DNA of 36,056 nt, taken from positions 1-36,056 of the forward strand of contig CALKCF010000005.1 in the NCBI GenBank assembly GCA_938083505.1, read 5' to 3'. Both the position numbers and the translations under genes were made by a program. The notes under the pieces were generated by a model. That model was not told where the DNA came from and made no database searches. It saw nothing but the letters and a program-made list of their open reading frames with translations. Shown here piece after piece: positions 1 to 11,941 of this stretch (position 1 is the stretch's first letter; each line of letters begins with the position of its first letter). Source of the DNA: an uncultured archaeon (GTDB lineage Archaea > Thermoproteota > Nitrososphaeria_A > Caldarchaeales > Wolframiiraptoraceae).

Positions 1-111
1 TCATGGGAGGAGCAGAGGTACGCTGAGACAAAGCTCTTTCCTCTGATAGCGGAGGTAATGATGCACAAAGAGTTTTCTAGAAAAAATCGAATAACTTCCC
101 TTCTTTTTTGA
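1..111 (+). CDS. Possible 3' end of a protein gene truncated by the window edge (SWEEQRYAETKLFPLIAEVMMHKEFSRKNRITSLLF*)
   Basis: Open frame from position 1 to TGA at 109-111; too short to assign a family. Confidence 0.35.
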   Translation, partial: SWEEQRYAETKLFPLIAEVMMHKEFSRKNRITSLLF

Positions 112-161
112 GTCATGAGTCTTTACCCGATAATCTTTGTCTGTAACGGTGGGTAGCTTAA

Positions 162-235
162 AGCCCCGGGCGGGATTTGAACCCGCGACCGCCGGCTTAC
201 AAGGCCGGCGCTATGCCGGGCTTAGCTACCGGGGC
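162..235 (-). tRNA. tRNA-Thr(TGT), no intron, CCA not encoded
   Basis: Reverse complement folds as a cloverleaf: GCCCCGG acceptor, CCGGC-CT-TGT-AA-GCCGG anticodon arm, GGTTCAAATCC T-arm, U73. Confidence 0.95.
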
Positions 236-279
236 CCTCTTACGGGTCTATGTGTGGTGGATAAATAATAGTTTTTATC

Positions 280-726
280 CTAAATTTCCTTATACATTAT
301 GATCGCATCTTCGTTACGATAGTAACGATGCACCTTTCTTTTCTCGACGAAATCCATGCTCGAGTAAAATTTCTTAGCGACGGTGTTGGACTCCCTGACC
401 TCAAGCCAAACCTCACACGCTCCAGACTCTTTTACGTAAGATGTCGCCACCTCCATCAGCGCCCTACCTATCCCCATATTCCTAAAGCCCCGCTCAACTG
501 CAATGTTTAAGATATGGCCGACCTTCTTGCCGCTCCGCTCCTCGATGTCCACGACGACGTAACCTACGAGCTTTTCGTCGATCAAGGCTACTTTAATGCT
601 TTCAGGGTTTTTCATGTGGAGGTATGCGAACATGTAGCAGGGCCATGGATCTTCAAAGGACTCCCTCTCAATCCTGCAGACATCCTCGAGGTCGGACGGC
701 CTGAACGCCCTTATCGCCAACACCAT
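280..726 (-). CDS. rimI: RimI/Ard1-like N-terminal acetyltransferase (GNAT)
   Basis: IERESFEDPW, HILNIAV...FRNMGIG, LEVRESN..A..FY and YY.NEDA motifs. Confidence 0.9.
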   Translation of the reverse strand: MVLAIRAFRPSDLEDVCRIERESFEDPWPCYMFAYLHMKNPESIKVALIDEKLVGYVVVDIEERSGKKVGHILNIAVERGFRNMGIGRALMEVATSYVKESGACEVWLEVRESNTVAKKFYSSMDFVEKRKVHRYYRNEDAIIMYKEI

Positions 727-1046
727 ACCACATCCGACGCCTTAATATTATAGTTGGGCGACCTTAAGCATTGCGACGTCCATGCGACCATCCCATGTTG
801 CGCTTTTACGCCGCCGATTAGTTCAACATTTCGGAAAAATTTTCTCAGGGTGCTGAACTTTTCCGTCTTCGAACCTCGCGAAATTTTTACGGATTTCTGA
901 CCCGTCGATGAGTGTTAGGCCGCTTATGCAGGATAATAGGGTTGTGGGTGTAGCGGTCGTAGTCTAAGTTGCCTTCTCAACCTTTAACTCCCAATTTTCA
1001 TCTGGGAGCATATGCCTGGGATGATAAGGGTATTGTTCAAAAGACT

Positions 1047-1070
1047 CTTTCAATCCTCTTTGTGAGGTTC
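1047..1070 (-). CRISPR. Solitary CRISPR-type direct repeat GAACCTCACAAAGAGGATTGAAAG with a putative leader at about 1071-1165
   Basis: 24 nt ending in the ATTGAAAG 8-nt handle, resembling the crenarchaeal GAATCTC...GATTGAAAG repeat family. Only one good copy and no cas genes in the window. Confidence 0.55.
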
Positions 1071-1204
1071 CGAGGCGTTTTCCGCGCCCTGCACCTTTCC
1101 AGCGTCTTTTTTTATCTTTATGCTTTGCATTGCTGGCTCTTCTGAAGGTTAGTATTTAAAAAGAGAAGAAGCAGGATGTATAGCTTATGATTCCGAGGTA
1201 AATT

Positions 1205-1502
1205 GGGGGGCGTGCGGCCTGTAGCCCTCCTTCTGTTTTAGGCGGGATTTGTCTAATCGGTGCCCGAGGCCTCGCCGGGGCAGGCTCAAAGGCCTCTTGC
1301 CTTTCCCGCGCGGGCCGCCCGTTCCACCCAATCCCGACACCTCGTCAGCGGCTTATTGCCGCATCAAGCTCATCTGGTATCGGGAGGTCTCGTTTCTGGT
1401 GCGTTGCCAGGGGTCTCCCCCTACACCTCGCGGTGTCGCGCGCCCCTGCTTGGGGGAGGAACTTCCTCGGGAGTTCCCCGAGACCCGCCCGGCCACCCGC
1501 CC
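1205..1502 (-). ncRNA. rnpB: RNase P RNA (archaeal type A)
   Basis: GC-rich island. Minus strand has CR-I GAGGAAGTTCCTCC and CR-V AACAGAAGGAGGGCTA (P4 pairing), terminal P1 GGGCGGGTGGCC/GGCCGCACGCCC, and P8 (ACACC-GCGA-GGTGT) and P9 (AGGGG-GAGA-CCCCT) hairpins. Confidence 0.93.
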
Positions 1503-1607
1503 CACAATAAAAAATCCATGCCTTGCTTATTAATCATTACTCCGGCATAGGCTTTAGAGGGTCTTTTCAGCTTTGCCGGCCGTGCAACTTTAATAGAAAT
1601 AATCTTC

Positions 1608-2585
1608 ATGTTGATTCGAATGAGCAAAGATTGTTCTGGTCTTGGCGAGTTTCCGCTAGTCCTGCTTCTCTGCGATTCTAAACCGTTCTCGATAGTCAGG
1701 TACTTCGAGCACGCCCTCTACGAACTGGTTAACGTAATCTCTGTGTACCTCGACGTTCATGAATGGTTCATAAAGAAGCTATCCATACCCTCCCTGCTCT
1801 ACAAGCTCTTGAACATGAGGTTCTCCAGGGTAAAACCAATGCCAAGGGAGCCTGACATAGTCCTCGTGGTAGAGCCTCCCATCAAGCGTCCTTACGACCT
1901 CAAAAGGTTCAGGAACTCTATTAAGGTATTCTACGCCTTGGACCCTCATACCCGGAATGCTATGCAGGCCTACAATAAATGCGAGCTCTGGAATTATGAC
2001 TTCGTCTTCGTCGGGCAGAAGGACTACATTTGGATGTTCAAGGAGATGGGTTGCAGCAAGGTCTTCTGGTTACCTTATGCATACGACCCGAGGATATTCA
2101 GGGAAATACCCGGACTCCAAAGAATATATGAAGTCGCATTCTTGGGCTCCATGAACGACGAAAGGAGACGGATACTAAGCGTCCTAAAAGAGAAGTTCAA
2201 GATGTTCACGACGGAAGACGGAAGTTTTGCGTTGATGCATGACGCGTCTCTAGTATACTCTATGTCAAAGATCGCGTTGCAGATCTCTAATAACAAGACC
2301 CTCGGCTCTAGAATATTCGAGGCGATGGGATGCAGAAGGATGGTGCTGGCAGACAAGATAAAAAACGGTTTAGAGGATATCTTCAAGGAGGGGTTAGAGA
2401 TAGTGCTGTACTCAGACTTGGACGAACTCATAGAGCTGATAAAGTACTACTTGGAGGATGAGGAGAAAAGAGAGCTTCTGGCCAGCAACGGTTACAGCGT
2501 TGTGAGAGCCTCGCATACCTACCGACATAGGGTTATTACTATGATGGATCAGCTTGGCATAAAGCTGCCGAAAAGTTTTTGCTGA
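1608..2585 (+). CDS. CgeB/YkvP-like glycosyltransferase (GT-B fold)
   Basis: WLPYAYDP, VAFLGS..ERR, SKIAL...RIFEAMG, KYYL..EEKRE..A..G...V...HTY.HR C-terminal signature. Confidence 0.85.
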   Translation: MLIRMSKDCSGLGEFPLVLLLCDSKPFSIVRYFEHALYELVNVISVYLDVHEWFIKKLSIPSLLYKLLNMRFSRVKPMPREPDIVLVVEPPIKRPYDLKRFRNSIKVFYALDPHTRNAMQAYNKCELWNYDFVFVGQKDYIWMFKEMGCSKVFWLPYAYDPRIFREIPGLQRIYEVAFLGSMNDERRRILSVLKEKFKMFTTEDGSFALMHDASLVYSMSKIALQISNNKTLGSRIFEAMGCRRMVLADKIKNGLEDIFKEGLEIVLYSDLDELIELIKYYLEDEEKRELLASNGYSVVRASHTYRHRVITMMDQLGIKLPKSFC

Positions 2586-2637
2586 TTTTATGCAGAGAAC
2601 TAACTCCTTAATTAAAATATTCTTTTACTAATCAGTC

Positions 2638-2655
2638 GAAAAGCCTTATTAATAA
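2638..2655 (+). promoter_or_regulatory. BRE/TATA promoter of the 23S rRNA gene
   Basis: GAAAAGCC-TTATTAATA about 25 nt before a GC-rich leader starting near 2677. Confidence 0.65.
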
Positions 2656-2766
2656 CTCTCAAGAATAAAATAATTGCCGAAGCGTTGTATGAGAGCTACC
2701 GGTCTTCTGACCGGTCTGCTCGATGCGGGAGTAAGTTACGCTTACTGTGACCGCGCTCAGAGGTTT

Positions 2767-2788
2767 GGAGACGTCGCCAGCTGGGCGG
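2767..2788 (+). other. 5' strand of the pre-23S BHB processing stem
   Basis: GGAGACGT-CGCC-[AGC]-TGGGCGG pairs with CCGCCCA-GGCG-[AAA]-ACGTCTCC (5877-5898): two 3-nt bulges around a 4-bp helix. Confidence 0.85.
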
Positions 2789-2798
2789 CGTTGGAACG

Positions 2799-5867
<3,069 letters not shown>

Positions 5868-5876
5868 AAAGCCACA

Positions 5877-5898
5877 CCGCCCAGGCGAAAACGTCTCC
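5877..5898 (+). other. 3' strand of the pre-23S BHB processing stem
   Basis: Complementary to 2767-2788; the stem extends outward through CCGCGCTCAGAG/CTCTGGGCGCGG. Confidence 0.85.
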
Positions 5899-5960
5899 TG
5901 CTCTCTGGGCGCGGATTACAACCCCCCAAGAGTTTTGGGTTGTGTGGGAGTTTATATCTC

Positions 5961-6764
5961 TCAACATCCGGCCAGTACTCTAATTTTTCTGAACACCTCC
6001 TGTAACTTTGATGCGGAGTTGCTGAAGGGTTGAACGACTAACGTGGTGCACCGCCTTTTAAGGTACTTTAGGGTGTTTACGCAATCGCTCGTTAACGAGA
6101 GCACGTACTCATCGGCTGCATGTTTCGTAAAACCATCCTCAATGTTTTCTACCCTTAATCTCCTAGCGATGTAACACTTGGCTGCGTCGTTCAGTCCGTC
6201 TACTGTAACAGGTGTATATACTGCTGCGAACCCTTTGTCCACGAGCGAAAGAAACTCCTCGAGCCTACTTCTTCTATAAACATAGAACAACGTCATGTTA
6301 AAAAGCTCTGCTATATGGACCGAAGCCTTTTCGATCTTCTCACAGCCTATGTACATCACGTCGTCGTATACTCGCCTGATAATTCTGGCGTACTCCTCGA
6401 TTAGCCTTATGGAGTTCTTGCATAGCTCGTGCGGAGAAAGGTACGCTGGGTTTCCTGGTACAAGGCAGGGTTGTATGTTATCGTAGCTTTGGGACATTTC
6501 GATAAAATCTTTTACCCTCCTGTCTACATCAGAGCGTCTAACGGATATCGTAACTACTAACGTGACGCCTCGTTGTTCCTCAAGCAGGGTAGAGAGCTCA
6601 GAAAATCTTGGGTCCGTACTGACCCACTCAGAGTCGATAAAATGCTTTCTAATGCCGATAGAATTGAGTAATTCGTTTATTTCATATAGCGAAGCTAACA
6701 TTCTGTCGGCGTAAGAGGATAGTTGTGAGGGTTTAGTGGCCTTAGCCAGGCGGAAGTCCCTCAC
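5961..6764 (-). CDS. Conserved archaeal hypothetical protein, probable TIM-barrel (DUF7388-like)
   Basis: 267-aa ORF with recalled family-like motifs KP, IDxE, T.SVR, LVPGNPAYL, IG.E.IE, AVY.P and Y..RR; assignment is from memory only. Confidence 0.6.
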   Translation of the reverse strand: MRDFRLAKATKPSQLSSYADRMLASLYEINELLNSIGIRKHFIDSEWVSTDPRFSELSTLLEEQRGVTLVVTISVRRSDVDRRVKDFIEMSQSYDNIQPCLVPGNPAYLSPHELCKNSIRLIEEYARIIRRVYDDVMYIGCEKIEKASVHIAELFNMTLFYVYRRSRLEEFLSLVDKGFAAVYTPVTVDGLNDAAKCYIARRLRVENIEDGFTKHAADEYVLSLTSDCVNTLKYLKRRCTTLVVQPFSNSASKLQEVFRKIRVLAGC

Positions 6765-6873
6765 CTATACGGAACCAATTCACCTCTCACCCTCGATGTT
6801 TGCTTCAAAGATTTTTGTCGCTAGTATAAAAATTTATAAAAATTTAAACAAAAATGTATTTGGGTGTTTTGAC

Positions 6874-7323
6874 CTACCTCAAAGCCAAGAGCCTTTTCAG
6901 TTCTGCTATATGTTCTTGCTCATCCATTATAACATGTCTGACTTCGTGCTCCAACTTGAAGTACTCGTAAGTTAAGTTGTCCTTCTCCTCCACGATCTTC
7001 TTGAGAATCTGAGTGTAATAATCTACCGCGCCCCTTTCGTCATTTAAGTTTATCTCTAAGATTTCTTGTATCGTCTTGGCAGATTTCGTCTCAGCTATTC
7101 CCATAGAAGGTACACCACCCAAATAATCGCCTATGAGCGTCCTGAAAATTTCCTGATGCTTCGCCTCGTCGCTAGCTATCTCTTTTAACCTCTCTATTAT
7201 AGGTTCACAATTTAACCCATCTACGACCTCCGCATGGCTTAGGTACTGCACGTATGCAGCGTGTTCCAACTCGAGAGCCTTATTAAGCATCTTAATAATT
7301 TCTTCCTTCGCTTTAGAAGTCAT
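6874..7323 (-). CDS. Ferritin-like (bacterioferritin-related) di-iron protein
   Basis: LNKALELEHAA..QY, DEAKH, E..A...Y and DEQEH di-iron motifs. Confidence 0.88.
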   Translation of the reverse strand: MTSKAKEEIIKMLNKALELEHAAYVQYLSHAEVVDGLNCEPIIERLKEIASDEAKHQEIFRTLIGDYLGGVPSMGIAETKSAKTIQEILEINLNDERGAVDYYTQILKKIVEEKDNLTYEYFKLEHEVRHVIMDEQEHIAELKRLLALR

Positions 7324-7443
7324 GTTTTTTATGTTAACAAATTAGATATTTAATATTTTTGGTTGGAAGGAACACACTACGCAACCCCTTCAGTATTTAA
7401 AATAGTAAAACCGATTTATTACCCGATAAGGCCGGGTCGTCAT

Positions 7444-8988
7444 ATGTTCGAGGTTATAACCAAAGACCTTCTTGGAAGGATAGGTAGAATAGAGACAAAG
7501 TCTGGAAAGTTTGAGACGCCCGCATTCTTCCCTGTAATAAACCCTGTAAGTCAGACAATCCCTGCAAGCTATATCTCCGAGAGGTTCGGATGTAGGGCAG
7601 TAATAACGAACGCTTACATAATTTACAGGAAGTTAAGGAATGAAGGCATAGAGAAAGACGTACACGACATCATATCGTTTAACGGCATAGTTATGACGGA
7701 TTCTGGTGGGTACCAAATGCTCGAGTATGGTGATGTGGCTGTCACACCTAAGGAAATTGCAAGATTTCAAGAAGCAATGCGTAGTGATATGGCCGTACCG
7801 CTTGATGTGCCGACAGGACTTGTAGGTTACGAGAAAGCTAAGGAGAGTGTTGAGAAGACGTTAGCAAATGTTATGGAGACCCTCGAGGTGTTGAGGGATT
7901 GTAGGAAGGCTTTATGGGCGGCACCGATACAGGGTGGTACGCACCTTCAGCTATTGGAGTACTGTACATCTAAGCTGGTGGATATGCCCTTTGACTTTTT
8001 CGCCCTCGGAAGCCCCACACCCCTCATGAAGGGCTACATGTTCACTAAGCTGTTCAAGATGATAGCAACGGTTAAACGTATCATCCCATCCGAGAAGCCG
8101 CTCCATCTATTCGGTGCTGGTCACCCTATGCTCATGCCTTTTGCCGTGGCGATGGGTTGCGATACTTTCGATTCTGCAAGCTACTACCTCTATGCAAAGG
8201 AGGGAAGGTACATGAGCAGCTCAGGGACGCTAAAGCTCTCAACGCTGGATTATTTTCCATGCGAGTGCGAGGTCTGCTCTAAATACTCTCCTAAAGAGTT
8301 AAGGTCGTTGCCGGATGAGGAAAGGGTTAAACTTCTATCGCTTCATAACCTAAGCGTTTGTTTCCGTGAAGTTATGGAGATAAAGCAAGCGATCAAGTAT
8401 GGAAGGTTAATAGAGCTCCTCGAGATAAGGGCTAGATCTCACCCTAGACTCTACGCTGCTTTTAGGGCAATGCTTTCTGATAGGAAACTCATAGAGCTTA
8501 TGGAGCTGCATACGCCCGTATCGAAAAGGAGGGGCATGAACCTTTTTGATAGGTTCAGCTTGTTGAGACCAGAAGTTAGCAGGACGAGGAGCAGATTGAT
8601 GGAGTACGTAGCAACGAAAAAGTCTGATACGATAGTTTTAATACCCCAAGTGGGAAGAAAGCATAAGAGTGTGGAATCTGCTGAGCGTATCATTAGGGAG
8701 AAGTTACCCGAGATCGCTGAAAAAACCTCTTACGGTTTCTTTTTGAACCCATACGGCGTAGTTCCTGCGGAGCTCAAGTTCGTCTATCCCTTCTCGCAGA
8801 TGAATTTCAGCATATCGTTACTGATGGATGCTAAAGAAGACATAACAGATGCTACCATAAATTACTTATTAGGGCATGGTTATAAGCACGTAGTTTTATT
8901 AAATACTCAGAACCCATCCTTGAGAGAACTCATCACGCTTATCAAATCTAAGCTGGAAGAAAAAGGGATAAGGGTGAGCATGCTTTAG
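7444..8988 (+). CDS. tgtA: Archaeosine tRNA-guanine(15) transglycosylase, no PUA domain
   Basis: ETPAFFPVINP, ITNAY, MTDSGGYQ, LDVP, LHLFGAGHP, DTFDSASY, zinc site CECEVC...H. Likely start is ATG at 7444. Confidence 0.95.
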   Translation: MFEVITKDLLGRIGRIETKSGKFETPAFFPVINPVSQTIPASYISERFGCRAVITNAYIIYRKLRNEGIEKDVHDIISFNGIVMTDSGGYQMLEYGDVAVTPKEIARFQEAMRSDMAVPLDVPTGLVGYEKAKESVEKTLANVMETLEVLRDCRKALWAAPIQGGTHLQLLEYCTSKLVDMPFDFFALGSPTPLMKGYMFTKLFKMIATVKRIIPSEKPLHLFGAGHPMLMPFAVAMGCDTFDSASYYLYAKEGRYMSSSGTLKLSTLDYFPCECEVCSKYSPKELRSLPDEERVKLLSLHNLSVCFREVMEIKQAIKYGRLIELLEIRARSHPRLYAAFRAMLSDRKLIELMELHTPVSKRRGMNLFDRFSLLRPEVSRTRSRLMEYVATKKSDTIVLIPQVGRKHKSVESAERIIREKLPEIAEKTSYGFFLNPYGVVPAELKFVYPFSQMNFSISLLMDAKEDITDATINYLLGHGYKHVVLLNTQNPSLRELITLIKSKLEEKGIRVSML

Positions 8989-8994
8989 AACCTT

Positions 8995-9519
8995 TTAGCG
9001 CGACTCCATCATACGGGTAACGGAGTTTCCGTATACGTTGTAGTATGCGATCTCTTCGAGCGCTTTTCGCCTCTTCTTTCCCTTCCTTGCCGGATTTACC
9101 GGATAACCAAAGGGTGCCACTGTTATTAGTCTCCATTCCTTTGGAACCTCGAGTATTTGTTTAACTTTCTTTTCCTCAAAGTTTGTTACCCAGCAGGAGC
9201 CAACACCAAGAGACCATGCCACCAGCATCATGTCTTCCATAGCCCTAGCACCGTCAACCTCAGGGAGCTTTGCATTTTCCGTAAAAAGCGCAATGGCAAA
9301 CGCGGCGTTCGCTATATGAGCCCCCGTCGGAGTCGTTTTACTTAACAAAAGTAGCTTATCCTTATCATCGATGAGTATAAAGCGCCATGGTTGTGTGTTC
9401 TTAGAGCTATGCGCGAGACGCCCTGCCTCCAGAATCTTGAGGATTGTGTCCTTAGGAACTTTATCCGGTTTAAACTCCCTAACGGCTAAGTTTGTCTTTA
9501 TAGCTTCTATAACCTCCAT
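8995..9519 (-). CDS. Nitroreductase family protein
   Basis: AVREF, ILEAGRLAHSSKNTQPWRF, LGVGSCW, GYP. Confidence 0.9.
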   Translation of the reverse strand: MEVIEAIKTNLAVREFKPDKVPKDTILKILEAGRLAHSSKNTQPWRFILIDDKDKLLLLSKTTPTGAHIANAAFAIALFTENAKLPEVDGARAMEDMMLVAWSLGVGSCWVTNFEEKKVKQILEVPKEWRLITVAPFGYPVNPARKGKKRRKALEEIAYYNVYGNSVTRMMESR

Positions 9520-9664
9520 AGCTTCCAGCCAAGAAGGCTATGTGTATCATCTCGGATTTAAACGCTAGCTCCTTAGAAACGTTTATGAATTACGTTAAAT
9601 TGGAAAGGTGAGAGATAAAGGTCACATATATGGTGTATAGGTTTTCTGAGGGACGGTGCCTACC

Positions 9665-10921
9665 ATGGAAATAACTTTTCTGGGCTCTGTAGGCGAGGTT
9701 GGCAAGTCAGCAATACTCATAAAGTCTGACAAAACGAGGATTCTGTTAGACTACGGTATTAAACCAAACGATGAGCCAGAGTTTCCTGCGCATATAGCTC
9801 CTAAGGACCTAGACGCCGTTGTAATTACGCACGCCCATCTGGATCATTCCGGGGCCGCGCCGCTGTTGTATATGGACGAGGGGCCAAAACTCTACTCCAC
9901 GAGCATGTCCCTTAAAACGTGCGAAATACTCCTTGAGGACTTCCTCAGACTGTCCGGTTATTACGTCCCGTACGAGTACTTAGAGGTGGAGTACATGTTT
10001 GGAAGAGCAAAGAGTGTTTACTACAGGGAGCCGATAAGGATTAAAGACGTTGAGATAGAGTTGCTGGATGCCGGCCACATACCGGGAAGCGCTCAGGTCG
10101 TAATAAACGCCGATAAGCGCCTTCTCTTCACAGGAGATATCAACCCTATAAAAACTAGGTTACTGAAAGGTGCCGATATTAGCCAAACTGATGTAGACGC
10201 AGTAATCATAGAGTCCACGTATGCTAAGGAGGCACACGAGAATAGATTAGAACTTGAAAAACAGTTCGTCGAGGAATGCTACAGGGTGGTTGAAGATGGT
10301 GGTATAGTTTTAGTGCCAGCATTCTCAGTAGGCCGCTCACAAGAAATGTTGTGCATCTTAACGGTGCAAAACTTTAAACACATGCTTTCGACTGACGGTA
10401 TGGCCATCAAGATGCTTGACTTATATCTAAAAGAAGGTAAAGAGTTCATCGCAAACTACGATCTGCTAGAAAAAGTTAGAAAAAGGGTCAACATCGTCAG
10501 CGGCAAAAAGGAAAGGAAAAGGGTGCTCGAGCATCCTGGCGTAATAGTTTGTCCAGCCGGTATGCTCAAGGGCGGGCCAGCTGCTTATTACGTTCAACAT
10601 ATAGCTAATGATAAGTCTTCGGCGATATTCTTGGTTAGCTATCAGATACCGGGGACACCAGGGGCTTTGCTGGTTTCGGAGAAGAAATTGATGATAAACG
10701 GTAAGGAAGTGCCAGTTAAGGCCAGGGTTGAGCATTTCCTATTCTCGAGCCATGCTGGTCAGAAGGAACTTCAGGCTTTGCTAAAGTCTTTTAACCCTGG
10801 AACAAAGGTCTTCACGGTTCACGGCGACGGTGATAGTTGCGAGGTCCTTGCCGATTGGGCCAGAAAGGAGTGCTCGTTAGACGCTGTTGCACCATCATTG
10901 AGAATGACTTACAAACTTTAG
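9665..10921 (+). CDS. MBL-fold beta-CASP ribonuclease (aCPSF2-like, no KH domains)
   Basis: GEVGKS, THAHLDHSG, AGHIPGS, TGD, ESTY, PAFSVGRSQE, FSSHA, VHGD. Confidence 0.92.
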   Translation: MEITFLGSVGEVGKSAILIKSDKTRILLDYGIKPNDEPEFPAHIAPKDLDAVVITHAHLDHSGAAPLLYMDEGPKLYSTSMSLKTCEILLEDFLRLSGYYVPYEYLEVEYMFGRAKSVYYREPIRIKDVEIELLDAGHIPGSAQVVINADKRLLFTGDINPIKTRLLKGADISQTDVDAVIIESTYAKEAHENRLELEKQFVEECYRVVEDGGIVLVPAFSVGRSQEMLCILTVQNFKHMLSTDGMAIKMLDLYLKEGKEFIANYDLLEKVRKRVNIVSGKKERKRVLEHPGVIVCPAGMLKGGPAAYYVQHIANDKSSAIFLVSYQIPGTPGALLVSEKKLMINGKEVPVKARVEHFLFSSHAGQKELQALLKSFNPGTKVFTVHGDGDSCEVLADWARKECSLDAVAPSLRMTYKL

Positions 10922-10960
10922 CCAGCTCGGGAACAGCTTTTATGAGAGGTATCTGCTGCT

Positions 10961-11901
10961 TCAGTTGGACGTGAAATGTACAAGAGTTGGTAAGCGAAGT
11001 TTAGAAACTAATCTGCAGTAACTGCATACGGGGGTTCTTCGAGGATATGCCGCACCTCTCGCATTCTCTTAAAGCTTGTGGTTCAAAATGATTTTCAAGG
11101 AGTGGCAGAAAGCGTTTTACATGAGTCTTAAATAATAGATATTTGAAGTTTAGAATTTCCTCCTCGATCTTTAACAGCAACTTCTTTCTTTTTATCATCC
11201 GTGAACCTCTTACCAGAGGACGTTCATAATCTACGTACTCCATATGTGTGGATAACACGTAGTAAAGGTTTTTCCTGCTCGGTCATCTCTATTAATGGTT
11301 TTATTTTCTTAACGATTTTTGGGTGCATAGTAGGAAGAACTAGTTTATTTCTTACAAGCTCCTCTAGGACTCCGTTAATATAGTGACTAAATAAGACCTC
11401 GACGGTGTCATCAAGATTGTGCCCCGTAGTTACGGTATCTAAATTGTTATCGGGTGCGATTTTGTTTATTAAGTACCTCTTGACGACTCCGCATATCCCG
11501 CATATTCTACGGCCGAGTTTCAGGGTTACAAAATCTTTGAACGAATACTCTTCGATGCTTTTCAAGTCGTATATTATGTGGTCTATTGAATTCTTTTGGC
11601 AAAATCTCTGAACTAACGTTTGACATTTATCAGAATACTCGGATATCCTAAGGTTTAAATGTATTACCATGAAGTTAAGGCTTGGAAATATGTTCAAGAG
11701 ACCTGACCAAGGCCATACTATCCTTTCCTCCAGAAACAGCGACTCCCAAATTTTTGACATCGGCAAACATCCTGTACTTCAATATCGTTATTCTTACTTC
11801 TCATAGTAGTCAACAAAGCAGGAACGGCAAGGATTGCTTTTTATATTATCCAATCGGTAAAGCGGCCTCCCTTCAGCCCCGCATTTACTACATCTGAGCA
11901 T
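10961..11901 (-). pseudogene. ttuA: TtuA/TtcA-family (TIGR00269-like) tRNA thiouridylase pseudogene with four frameshifts
   Basis: Fragments across frames: MLRCSKCG...CRSCF, VAVSGGKDS (SGGKDS at 11717-11734), CGICGVVKRY, GHNLDD, KIKPL, CERCG and VCSYCRL. Shifts near 11796, 11695, 11270 and 11032. Confidence 0.88.
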
Positions 11902-11941
11902 TCTATGGTCATATTAGGGGATAAAAATATTTGAACCTATT

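Noticed and set aside
982-1005. Second CRISPR repeat making a true array
   Set aside because: Only 13/24 identity and no intact ATTGAAAG end; mentioned as a possibility but not called.
1249-1627. Three Pro/Arg/Gly-rich ORFs
   Set aside because: They overlap the RNase P RNA and are GC-driven artefacts.
10961-11901. Programmed frameshifting in ttuA
   Set aside because: Four separate shifts plus substitutions at conserved residues fit pseudogenisation.
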